A stretch of DNA of 64,000 bases from a virus (Duplodnaviria; Caudoviricetes), in the IMG/VR virus record IMGVR_UViG_2855946969_000005, positions 35,286 to 99,285 of that record. One strand, written 5' to 3'. Made by a program: the position numbers and the translations under genes. Shown one piece after another: positions 27,262 to 35,980 of the stretch. How positions within the stretch are numbered: position 1 is the first letter of the stretch; each line of letters begins with the position of its first letter. The notes beneath the pieces were generated by a model. It was not told the origin of the DNA and made no database searches. It was given only the letters and a program-made list of their open reading frames with translations.

Positions 27262-27637
27262 CGCGCCACCTCGGCGGGCGCGGGCTCCGGCTCGACCAAG
27301 GGGGTGCCTCGCGCGATCAGGGCGGCCACGGCCTCTGCGCGGCTGATCCGGCGGCTTGCATCGAAATCGTAGCGGTGGCCGTGCTCGTCCCGCCCGTAGT
27401 CCCGCAATGCGCAGTACCGACCCCGGGCGGCCTTCACGAGCGGCTCGCTGTAGGAGAGCGGATCGTGGCGGTTCTCGATCGCATCGAGGAGCCGAACGAT
27501 CTGCGTCGACAAAGCCGTGTCGGCCTGGCACGCGGGGTCCTTCCCGCCCTGGACCGCGCCGACGAACCACGACCCGAACTGAACGCCGTAGAGACGTAGT
27601 CGGAGATCGCCTCTTGGCGGGTGAGGAGATCGGTCAT
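27258..27637 (-). pseudogene. Hypothetical gene with an apparent 1-nt frameshift near 27592
   Basis: The coupled ATG (MTDLLTRQEAISDYV) is out of frame with the protein-like C-terminal part (LYGVQFGSWFVGAV...). Confidence 0.45.
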
Positions 27638-28518
27638 CGGGCCGCTCCGGTACGTTGGTCCTGCAACCGCGCCAGCTCACCCTGCATGACTTCGCGTGCC
27701 GCACAGAGCGCCGCCAACGGATCTGGCGAGGAAGAAGCTTCAGCGAGCATCCTCATGGCCGATCCGATCACCCCACTTGGCGGGCCGCCATAAGGTGAGA
27801 AGTCACCAGGGTCTGGTGCCTCCAGGAAGCTGAAGAAATCGCTGCGAGTAAATTTCGCCGTTCCATACTGACTGTGGAAGCGATGATGGCAGGGCTCGCA
27901 TAGAGTTGCGCCATTTGAAATGTCTTTGCGTCTCTCAACGCAACGTGCATACCCAACGATATGATGGGCGCAGCGCGCATCTTCGCTGTGGCATGCGGCA
28001 CATACAAATTTGTCCCGGGTCAATACGCTCGACCGCCACGAAGATGTAGATCTGTAGGCCGATCTCTCTGCGTCCGAGATACTGGGATCCCACCTCGGGT
28101 GCTCTGGCCCCTTACGACCTGCAAGATTCTTCGACGCCAGGGCGCTGGAATTCTCTGACTGCAGGCACCCGCAGGACTTGGTATGACCCGAGGTCAATCT
28201 CCCATATGTCAGTTCGGTTATGCCGCCACATTCGCATACGCATCTCCAAATTGAGATGCCACGCGCAGTCGAGACAAGATCCCGAGCCGTCAATCGGCCA
28301 AACTTACGGCCAGTAATATCCTTTGCCTGCCGCCGAGACTTCAGGCAGCCGCAGGATTTTGTGTTCCCGGACTTCAGGTTCAGTCCGGTTGCGGTTGCGG
28401 ATTGTCCGCAGTCGCATCGGCAAAGCCAAGTGGTCTTTCCACTTGGGTCGTAGCCGGCACGGCCATTGACCACAAGCATGCCGAACCGAAGCCCCGAAAG
28501 GTCAATCACCCTTCGCAT
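27634..28518 (-). CDS. HNH homing-endonuclease-like protein with two CxCxCG...TKSCGC repeats
   Basis: WLCRCDCG...GNTKSCGC twice; VLTRD...CAAC...HHI...NGATLC..CH..FH; AT-richer than its flanks. Confidence 0.85.
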   Translation of the reverse strand: MRRVIDLSGLRFGMLVVNGRAGYDPSGKTTWLCRCDCGQSATATGLNLKSGNTKSCGCLKSRRQAKDITGRKFGRLTARDLVSTARGISIWRCVCECGGITELTYGRLTSGHTKSCGCLQSENSSALASKNLAGRKGPEHPRWDPSISDAERSAYRSTSSWRSSVLTRDKFVCAACHSEDARCAHHIVGYARCVERRKDISNGATLCEPCHHRFHSQYGTAKFTRSDFFSFLEAPDPGDFSPYGGPPSGVIGSAMRMLAEASSSPDPLAALCAAREVMQGELARLQDQRTGAAR

Positions 28519-28735
28519 GCTTTTCTCTCTCAACGGCCCGAGTGGCGTACCAGAGGCACTTTTCGAGATCTTGAATCTTGCTGGCTCCGTCCTTTAGGCC
28601 GGCGCGCCACGCATATTTGATGATATTGCCGATCACGAAGTCATAGTGCTCTGTGATCGCGATACATTCCACGCCGGAGGGATGCGAGGTGTAGTGCTTC
28701 GGATGATTGACAGCATCGTTCGCTTGCTCGGCCAT
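28502..28735 (-). CDS. DUF3310 family protein (T7 gp1.7-like nucleotide kinase family)
   Basis: VNHPKHY...ECI...GNIIKY.WRAG.K....DLEK..WY. Confidence 0.85.
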   Translation of the reverse strand: MAEQANDAVNHPKHYTSHPSGVECIAITEHYDFVIGNIIKYAWRAGLKDGASKIQDLEKCLWYATRAVEREKHAKGD

Positions 28736-28738
28736 GGC

Positions 28739-29599
28739 TCAGACCTTCGGATGCAGGCAGCGGGTAGCCTCGAAGCCGTCGGCGGCCTCGTAGACCTCAA
28801 AGTCGTAGAAGGTGAGCGGGGCGAGTTCCTTCAGCGCGCGGGTGAAGGTGACCGCGAGGCGGCGGATCTCGAGATCGGCACCTTCCCCGCCACGCAGCGC
28901 GCAGACGTGCCGGGCGGCGCGCAGGTTCATCGTCCAGAGCAGGCGCGTCTCCGCGCTGTTCGGCAGGTGCGCGCGGGCGGCCTCCAAGATCCGCTTCTTC
29001 CGCATCGTGTTGAGCTTGCGCCCGATCTCGCCGCCGGGCGTGCTGGGATGGGTGAGACAGGTGAGCCGGGCTTGCAGCGTGGCGTAGGCCTGGAGCGCGC
29101 GGGCGCACTCGCCCTGGAACTCCAACAGGACGCTCTCGGCGTCGTCCGCGCCCGCAATCGCGGCGACGAGCGGCGGCACGACGAAGCGCACGTCCTTCGC
29201 ATCGACGTAGCGCTGCGACTCCTGGGACGGATCCGCGCCGGCATGGTGCCGGAGCAGCTCCAGCGACAGCGACCGGGACACGCCCGAGATCGCGAACGAG
29301 ATGGTGGAGTGGTGGAGCACCGAGCCGTGCTGCATCTCCACGATGTTGCGGAGGTAGTCGGGCCGGGCGCGGCCCTGCTCCCACGAGCGGTAGCAGAACC
29401 GGCCGCCGAACTCAGGCAGCGCGTCGATCGACTCCCGCGGGCTGTGCGAGATGTCGTCGTGCAGGATGCCGATCGGGGTGTCGTTGTAGAGCAGTGCGCG
29501 GTGCCCGTGCGCATCGGCCCAGGCTTCCAGGCCCGTGGGGCTGATCACGGTGTGCGCCACGACGTGGACGCTCGGCTCATGCACGAGTTGGACGGTCAC
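28739..29599 (-). CDS. thyX: FAD-dependent thymidylate synthase
   Basis: H.SVL.H, GVSRS...ELLRHH....SQESQRY, EAAR..LPN...T....TMNLR, A..EIR. Confidence 0.88.
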   Translation of the reverse strand: MTVQLVHEPSVHVVAHTVISPTGLEAWADAHGHRALLYNDTPIGILHDDISHSPRESIDALPEFGGRFCYRSWEQGRARPDYLRNIVEMQHGSVLHHSTISFAISGVSRSLSLELLRHHAGADPSQESQRYVDAKDVRFVVPPLVAAIAGADDAESVLLEFQGECARALQAYATLQARLTCLTHPSTPGGEIGRKLNTMRKKRILEAARAHLPNSAETRLLWTMNLRAARHVCALRGGEGADLEIRRLAVTFTRALKELAPLTFYDFEVYEAADGFEATRCLHPKV

Positions 29600-29664
29600 G
29601 CATCGCTCTCCGGTTGATCCGAATCGGCCCGGCCGCGCGCGGCAGCCGGGCCCCTCCCCTCGCC

Positions 29665-30183
29665 TCAGGCGGCGGCCTTCGTCTCGGCGGGCTTGTTGCG
29701 GGCGCGGCCCGTGGTCTTGCCGGCGGACTCCGGCTCCGGCTCGGCGCCCGTGGCGGCACGGCCCGGCTGGCCGAGCCCGAGGCTCTTGGCGAGCGCCGAG
29801 CGCTGGGCCGAGTAGTTTGCCGAGGTGGTCGGGTAATCGGCGGGCAGACCGTAGCGGGCGCGGTAACTCTGCGGGTCGAGCCCGTGCCGCGTCAGGTGAC
29901 GCTTGAGGGTCTTGTACGACTTGCCGTCGATGAAGCTGATCAGGCCGTCCGGACGGATCGATTTGCGGATCTCGGCCGGGCTCGGCTTCGTCACCTCGGG
30001 CTCGGCATCCGCGGGCGCGCTGCCGCCGGCAAGACCGGTGAGCGTCGCGTGCACGGTGCTGATCAACGCGGCGAGGTCGGCCGCGGGGACGCTGTTGTTG
30101 CTGACGTATGCGCAGACGATGCCGACGGTCCGGTCCATCGCGTCATCGGCGGCAAACGCTGTGGTCTCGGGGTCTTCGCTCAT
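29665..30183 (-). CDS. mucR: MucR/Ros family transcriptional regulator
   Basis: IV.AYVSNN, IRKSI.PD.LISFIDGKSYKTLKRHL..HGL.P..YR.RYGLP.DYP. Confidence 0.92.
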   Translation of the reverse strand: MSEDPETTAFAADDAMDRTVGIVCAYVSNNSVPAADLAALISTVHATLTGLAGGSAPADAEPEVTKPSPAEIRKSIRPDGLISFIDGKSYKTLKRHLTRHGLDPQSYRARYGLPADYPTTSANYSAQRSALAKSLGLGQPGRAATGAEPEPESAGKTTGRARNKPAETKAAA

Positions 30184-30536
30184 GGGAACTCCTGAATAGG
30201 ATGGGGCGGAATGGCAGAAGCGGCTCGCATCATTTGTCGCGAGCATTCTGTTACATTGGCCGTAACAACTCCTAGTATAGGAGAAGACCGTGCAGGCTCA
30301 AAATGGAATATTTCGCGATCTGTTGTTCGCGCCGCATTTTTCGAGCGCGACTGCAATCCCACGGGGCAGAGGGGCGCGACGCACGGGCCCGGCCGGCGGC
30401 CGCGTGTAGATGGAGGGCGCGGCGCCGAGCCGGCGGCGGTCCACCGCGCGCTCGGCCCAGAGCGGCGCGACCACGTCAGCACGCTGCCACATGCCCCGCG
30501 GCCAGCGCCCGGCGGCGGGCGGGGCGTAGCGGCGCT

Positions 30537-30965
30537 TCATGTTCTCGCCTCGGCCTTCGCGAACTCCCAGATCGGCACGCTCTCCGCCCGGTTCGGCACG
30601 CCCCGATGCGTCTGCCGAACGCCCGACCGCTCCGTGACGAACTCGGTGGCCGAGATCGCCACCACGGTCCTCGGGTAGAGCAGGATCATCGCCCCGCAGG
30701 CATCGACCCGGACCGCGGCCGCCAGTCGGTGCACCCCGAACAGGCCGATCGCGTCCCACCCGTGCTCGACCGCTTCCACGCCCCGATCTCGGAGGAAGAC
30801 GAGCATTGCCCGCCGCACCTCTGGCCACACGGGCGGATCGTCCACGGGCGCGCCTGGCGCCCGCCAGAGGAACCCCGCCATCGGGATCCGATCAGACGGC
30901 AGCGCCTTCACCAGCGCGCCCCAGGCGGCGACCTGATCGGCGGGGGAGAGGGCGGGAGCACTCAC
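30537..30965 (-). CDS. Hypothetical protein
   Basis: A..HGW...LFG.H motif seen in prophage replication-region genes. Confidence 0.5.
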   Translation of the reverse strand: MSAPALSPADQVAAWGALVKALPSDRIPMAGFLWRAPGAPVDDPPVWPEVRRAMLVFLRDRGVEAVEHGWDAIGLFGVHRLAAAVRVDACGAMILLYPRTVVAISATEFVTERSGVRQTHRGVPNRAESVPIWEFAKAEART

Positions 30966-31411
30966 GCGGCGGCCGCCCGATGCGCCACGATCGGTGCGCA
31001 GCCGACCGGGAAGACGGCCGCCATGTAGGCGTAGCCGCCGTAGTCCTCCATCCGGGCCGGCGCGTTGCGGGCCGGGTCCAGCACGGTTCCGTCATGCAGG
31101 ACCAGGACGAGGTGCGAGCCCATACCGTGCCCGGCATCCACCGAGCACATGTGCAGGTTCGCCCACGGCGCGATCGGCCAAGGGCTGCGGTCCAACCCCG
31201 CGATGCGGTCGTGCCGGTACACGAGCTGCGAGGCGAATCCGTAGTGGTTGAGGTAGCCCTGCCAGACGTCATGGCTGAAGCCGCGCCCCGGCGGCCCGAG
31301 CTCGGCCGCCACCTCGTCGTAGGAGCAGCCGCGCACCATGGCGATGCAGGCTGTCACACAGCCGTAGGGCTCCTTCTGTCCGACGAGGTGGGGCCGAGCG
31401 TATCCGCTCAC
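30962..31411 (-). CDS. C39-like cysteine peptidase domain protein
   Basis: Q....GCVTACIAM, HLVLV, VLDP. Confidence 0.6.
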   Translation of the reverse strand: MSGYARPHLVGQKEPYGCVTACIAMVRGCSYDEVAAELGPPGRGFSHDVWQGYLNHYGFASQLVYRHDRIAGLDRSPWPIAPWANLHMCSVDAGHGMGSHLVLVLHDGTVLDPARNAPARMEDYGGYAYMAAVFPVGCAPIVAHRAAAA

Positions 31412-31728
31412 GCTGGCACCTCGACCCCCGCCCTACGGATCACGGCCGCTACCGCGCAGCAGACCGCGTCGGCGTCTATCTCCGCAACAGCCTTGCCGAG
31501 GATCTGTACGTCCTCGCGCGTCTGCCCGAAGACCACGATCCAGCGCCCGCCCGTGCCCCCGAGTTCGGCGCCGTGCTCCGCGATCAAGGCGTCGGACACC
31601 TCGCCGATGTAGAGCATCCGCCCGCCGCCCAGGCCGACCGACATGCCGACATCAGCCGACGCGTCGAGTTCGGAGCAGTGCCCCGTGATCTGGGCTGCAT
31701 CGTACATGCGGTCTTCCGTCGTGCTCAT
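31408..31728 (-). CDS. Hypothetical protein
   Basis: GAGG RBS; ATGA coupling. Confidence 0.5.
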   Translation of the reverse strand: MSTTEDRMYDAAQITGHCSELDASADVGMSVGLGGGRMLYIGEVSDALIAEHGAELGGTGGRWIVVFGQTREDVQILGKAVAEIDADAVCCAVAAVIRRAGVEVPA

Positions 31729-31970
31729 ACCCGCTCCTCGCTGAACGTCGCGGTGATGCCGGGAAAGGCGGCGCGGAGACCGGAGGCGCCCCGGATCCGC
31801 TCGCGCTCGGCGGCGTAGAAGGCCTCGGCCGCCTTGCTCACGGCGGCGGGCGGGCGCCCGTTGCAGGGGCCCTTGAGTTGCACGACGCGGTGCAGGGCTT
31901 CCTCACCGGCCCGTCGGGCGAGCTCCAAGGTCGCGATGCGCCGACCCGCCTGCTGCACCGAAAAGATCCG
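31725..31970 (-). pseudogene. C-terminal fragment of the PcfJ-like gene split by ISL3
   Basis: Removing the IS and one target-site copy gives in-frame ...GVSRI-FSVQQAGRRIATLEL...QLKGPCN. Confidence 0.85.
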
Positions 31971-32000
31971 GGTTCTTCGTCATACGAGGTTGATCGGAGG

Positions 32001-33290
32001 CTAGAACGTGCCCGCCTCCAAATCGGCCTCCAAGGTTGATAGCGGCGCCCCGAGCCAGACCTTCTGCATGATCGGGACGCCCTTGCCGTAGCGGCCGATA
32101 TGCGCCCACTCGCCGAACTGCGCCTTCCCGAACTCGCCGTGTTTGAGGATGGCCTTCTTGCGCAGCACGTCGAAGGTATAGCCCGCCCCATTCACGTTCA
32201 TGCGGCGTATCAAACCGTTCAGGCGCTCGACGTAGCCGCTGGTGAAGCGGTGCTCGAAGTAGCGGAGGATGTGCGGGCGCCAGAGCTTGAAGGCGTCGAT
32301 GCTCGGCTTGAACGGCCGCTCGAACTCGGGCGGCACGCTGGCGAGCCACTGGTTCGTAGCATGCTCGGCGGCAGCGCGGCTCTCGGCCTCGTAGATGTCG
32401 TAGAACCGCTCCTTCAGATCGTAAGCGGTCGCCAGCACCGGGTAGAGGCCGAAGAGCCTGCTGAGGGTGGTTTGCGTCTCGGGCTTGCAGGTGTCCCATC
32501 GCGCGAGGAAGACTGCGCGGCGGCGCTTCAAGGCGATCCGGTCCTTGTTGGACAGGTCGCGGTAGAGAGCCTTGCGGACCACCTCCATACCGTAGTTCGC
32601 CGTCCGCTGGACGTGGTACTTGTCCACCACCGTGACGGCTTTAGGGAAGACAGCCTGCGTCAGCTTCCGGTAGCCGGACCACATGTCCTGACAGACGATC
32701 TCGACCTCTTCACGGCCCGCCATCATATGGAAGTAGTCGCGCAGATCGACCTCTCGCCGGGAGGGCTGCATGTCGATCATCAGTCCCCGCTCCACGTCAC
32801 CGATGACGAAGCGGGCCCGGCGATGCAGGTAGATCTCATCCATGCCGAGGACGCGCGGCAGCTTCGGGATGTACCCCTTCAGCATGCGGTCGCTGTAGTC
32901 ATCAAACAGACGGCGGATCAGCGTCTCGTGGACGCCGTTGACCTTTGCGGCGGTTGTGAACGAGTGCTCTACGGCCTGCCGCTCAAGGTGCTTCTTGAAC
33001 CGCAGCGTGATCCGCCGCTCGGTGTCGATGTCCGGTAGCTCCTCGTAGCTGATCTTGTGGCACTTATTGCAGCGGTAGCGCTGCCGGGAGACCTCAAGCC
33101 AGACAGGCTGGCCTTGGATGGCGTGGTCCCTGAAGCGAACGGCCTTCGTGCCGTTCTTGCTCTTGTCGTTCCAGAGGCAGCACCCAAACGGCAGCAGGGG
33201 CTTCTTGCTCGCCGCTCGCACGATGAGGAACCCACCCTCCTCATACGTGTCTACTGCCGCCAGATTGGGAAGGCGCAACAGGTCCGTCAC
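32001..33290 (-). CDS. ISL3 family transposase
   Basis: RQRYRC..C, LGMDE, VCQDM, VDKYHV, TSGYVERLN..IR. Confidence 0.93.
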   Translation of the reverse strand: MTDLLRLPNLAAVDTYEEGGFLIVRAASKKPLLPFGCCLWNDKSKNGTKAVRFRDHAIQGQPVWLEVSRQRYRCNKCHKISYEELPDIDTERRITLRFKKHLERQAVEHSFTTAAKVNGVHETLIRRLFDDYSDRMLKGYIPKLPRVLGMDEIYLHRRARFVIGDVERGLMIDMQPSRREVDLRDYFHMMAGREEVEIVCQDMWSGYRKLTQAVFPKAVTVVDKYHVQRTANYGMEVVRKALYRDLSNKDRIALKRRRAVFLARWDTCKPETQTTLSRLFGLYPVLATAYDLKERFYDIYEAESRAAAEHATNQWLASVPPEFERPFKPSIDAFKLWRPHILRYFEHRFTSGYVERLNGLIRRMNVNGAGYTFDVLRKKAILKHGEFGKAQFGEWAHIGRYGKGVPIMQKVWLGAPLSTLEADLEAGTF

Positions 33291-33480
33291 GCATCCCCCT
33301 CGGTAGCCTTGCCCGGCTTCTGGCGTTCGCGACGCTTCAGTTCGCTCTCAATCGCCTCGCGAATGAATGCAGCCATGCGATTGGCCCCAACCTGCGCGGC
33401 AATGCGCTGGCGAGTGTCTTCTGTCAGCCGGACCATGGTCGGCTTTACGTTCAGCGGAGGGCGCCCCATGCGTCGGGGCA
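33287..33480 (-). CDS. Ribbon-helix-helix regulator coupled to the transposase
   Basis: MGRPPLNVKPTMVRL...RMAAFIREAIE.EL.RRE; start approximate. Confidence 0.7.
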
Positions 33481-33567
33481 TAAGCGGTTGCGAAAAGTTC
33501 GACAAGAGGCACCAAAAAGCGGTTGCGCTTATTGACACCATAACCGCAATCGGTTATATCTGTCTAC
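33480..33567. promoter_or_regulatory. Overlapping divergent promoters with repeated operator-like sites
   Basis: Plus strand TTGACA-17-TATATC; minus strand TAGACA-18-TATGGT; palindrome ATAACCG-CAAT-CGGTTAT and two AAGCGGTTGCG copies. Confidence 0.65.
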
Positions 33568-33586
33568 ATCAGAGACGGAGATACCC

Positions 33587-33727
33587 ATGCCCACCGATCA
33601 CAGCCGATACACAGCAGCCGAACTTGGATTAATCGAGGCTGGCATCGCCCGTGGCGAGACGATGATCTTCCTCGGTTACGACGCCGACGAAATGGCCCGG
33701 TTCTACTGCGTGGAAGCGATGTGGTGA
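33587..33727 (+). CDS. IS passenger, 46 aa
   Basis: GGAG RBS; MPTDHSRYTAAELGLIEAG...EAMW. Confidence 0.55.
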   Translation: MPTDHSRYTAAELGLIEAGIARGETMIFLGYDADEMARFYCVEAMW

Positions 33728-33864
33728 GCGACGTTATTTGCCGACACTGCCGAGGCCGGGGCTGGATCAGCACGGGCATCTTCGGCTGCGACCCCTGCGA
33801 CGATTGCGGGGAAGACGAGCAAGAGATCAAGACGGACGAGCCGGAGGACGAGCAAAATGGTTGA
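33724..33864 (+). CDS. IS passenger, mini zinc-finger protein
   Basis: GTGA coupling; CRHCRGRG...CDDC. Confidence 0.5.
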   Translation: MSDVICRHCRGRGWISTGIFGCDPCDDCGEDEQEIKTDEPEDEQNG

Positions 33865-34210
33865 TGTGTTCCACGGCGTGCCCTTCCGAGTTTACCGCGA
33901 ACCGGCCCGCCAAGAGCCAGCCGACAAGGAGATTGGCGAGGTGGTCGCCCGGTTGAAGAACGGCTCTCTGCGCCCGTGCGGTAACTGCGGCGGGCAGGGC
34001 TACGGAGATATGGGGCAATCCGCCTGCTCTCGGTGTGGAGGGATCGGTGTCTTCGACACGCGGAAGAGCGGAGAAGTCAGGGCGGACCCCGTATTCGATC
34101 CGGCCATCACACTGCCCGATCCTTACGATGAAGGCCCCGGCCCTTGGTATGATGGGCAGAAGGTCAAAGAGATCGAGCGCACGACCGGAATTAAGTTCGA
34201 GGCGAAATAG
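33857..34210 (+). CDS. IS passenger with DnaJ-type CxxCxGxG zinc finger
   Basis: CGNCGGQG...CSRCGGIG. Confidence 0.6.
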   Translation: MVDVFHGVPFRVYREPARQEPADKEIGEVVARLKNGSLRPCGNCGGQGYGDMGQSACSRCGGIGVFDTRKSGEVRADPVFDPAITLPDPYDEGPGPWYDGQKVKEIERTTGIKFEAK

Positions 34211-34219
34211 GAGAGACCA

Positions 34220-34831
34220 ATGCACAAGCTGATCGCAGACCCGCAGATTGTCCAGGTGCGCAAGAGGGCCAGCGAGGGAGATTGCCCCATTACCCCGAGC
34301 CTGTCCGTTGAGAGCTTGGAGGATCTGGTGCTGCATCTCGCCGATGCGAAGAAGGAGGGTCAATCGGCGAAGATCAATTGTGACGCCTTCTCCGCTGTCC
34401 AGGCCGTTGTGCGTGCAGCATGGCGCCTCGTTGACAACACCGCGAACGGCGGGACGGAACATCAGGCTGTGCCGAGCGAGGATTGGCGGGAACTCGCGGA
34501 TACCCTGACCCGGCTCAACGAGATGATTCCGCCCGGCGAGCGCCCGGCAGAGCCGCCGCTCGCCGTTGCGCTTTTCTGGCCGACAGTCCGCGAGAGCGGG
34601 GCCGAGGGTGGGGTCATCTCGGAAGCTCTATCGCATACGACCGATGATGCCGCATTGGCCCACGCCAGGAGGCTGTGGCCTCTCTCCGAGGCATCCGACC
34701 AGGAAGACGATCGGTATCGTCGCGCCCTTCACTACGCCTTCGCTCGCGGGGCATGGTGGGCGACATCAACCCCAGACGACGAAGCGGGCATCAAGCCCGC
34801 TTCTCCGCCATCAACCTCGAATGACGAATGA
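34220..34831 (+). CDS. IS passenger hypothetical protein
   Basis: AGGAG RBS; ends inside the IR. Confidence 0.55.
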   Translation: MHKLIADPQIVQVRKRASEGDCPITPSLSVESLEDLVLHLADAKKEGQSAKINCDAFSAVQAVVRAAWRLVDNTANGGTEHQAVPSEDWRELADTLTRLNEMIPPGERPAEPPLAVALFWPTVRESGAEGGVISEALSHTTDDAALAHARRLWPLSEASDQEDDRYRRALHYAFARGAWWATSTPDDEAGIKPASPPSTSNDE

Positions 34832-34833
34832 CC

Positions 34834-35756
34834 AAGATCCGGGACACGCCCGTCACCACCGCGGCGCTGTAGGTGCCGACGCAGTGGCGCATCGCGGCGC
34901 CCTCCGCCCAGAGATCCTCGCAGGATCGGAGCGGCACGAAGTCGAAGCCCTCGACGACCACGGGCGCGTTTGTGAAGGGCGCGTAGTCCATCGCCTCGGA
35001 GAACTTCACCCCGAGCCCGTGGGCGGCCCGCTGTTCGGCGGCGGCGCGCCCGAGTGCCCGGTGCCAGCGCTCGGCGGCCGCCTCGGCCTGGGCGAGCGTC
35101 CAGCGGGTGTCGAAGACAGCGCCCGGCACGCCTGCCACCTGCCCGAGACGGTTGCCGCGGAAGCCGGGGACGTTGACGGTGCCGGAGGCCGCCATCGCGA
35201 GGTCGGCGATGGTCTCAAGCACCCCTTCGTGCCCGCGCCGCACCTCGCGCGCCGCGCGCGCCACCCAGTCGAACTGGAACCACGCGTTCCCGCACCGGTA
35301 CTCGCAGTGCTCCGACCAGACGGTGAGCGCCCGCAGCCACGTGTCCTGCTGCGTGCGCGCTGCCGGGATGATCTGCGCCAGCGTCGAGGGCGGCAGCCGG
35401 CCGAGATGGAAGACCACCGGCCAGCGCTTTGGGTGCAGCACGCTCGGCGCCAAGGCGCGCAACTGGAACGCGCACCCGTAGAAGCTCATCACCTCGCGTA
35501 GCTTCGCCCCGCGCTCGCAGAGCATCCGCATGGGCGGGCCGGCGTAGGCGCGCGCTCGGGCGGCAGCCGTCCGCCCCGTCTGCCCGGCATTCGCCGAGAG
35601 CACGATCACGGGCGCCTGCCGGATGTAGTCGAGGGCGCGCTCGTGGCAGCCCGCCATCGCGGCTGCGGGCCGGTGCAGGGCCTGATTCCCGAACAAGGCT
35701 TTCGCCTCCCGCTGGGCGTCGCCGCGGGACCAGGGGGCAGAAGCGGTCTCGCTCAA
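34834..35756 (-). pseudogene. PcfJ-like domain protein, N-terminal part (interrupted by ISL3)
   Basis: PLRS..DL..EG..MRHCVGTY. Confidence 0.8.
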
Positions 35757-35980
35757 GCGTTCCCCCTCCGCGCGGCCCGCTCATCCCGGATCACCCGATG
35801 GACATCCGCCTCGTGTCGTCCGACTTCAGCTTCGATCTCCGCCGTATCGAATCCATCCGACCACAGGTCCAAGATCTCGGACCGGAGGTCGGCGCTGATG
35901 GGGAGTCCCTTCTGGGGCTTGGGCTGAGCCGGCGCGCGCGCGGCAGACAGCGGGAATGATTCGGCGCGGGCGGGGATCAT
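35753..35980 (-). CDS. Small HTH-like protein
   Basis: ILDLWSDGFDTAEI....GRHEADV.RVI. Confidence 0.55.
   Translation of the reverse strand: MIPARAESFPLSAARAPAQPKPQKGLPISADLRSEILDLWSDGFDTAEIEAEVGRHEADVHRVIRDERAARRGNA

Larger units (their letters stand above)
31971..34833 (-). mobile_element. ISL3-family element with passenger genes (2863 bp)
   Basis: 24-bp IRs GGTTCTTCGTCATACGAGGTTGAT / GGTCATTCGTCATTCGAGGTTGAT; 8-bp target duplication AAGATCCG at 31963-31970 and 34834-34841. Confidence 0.93.
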
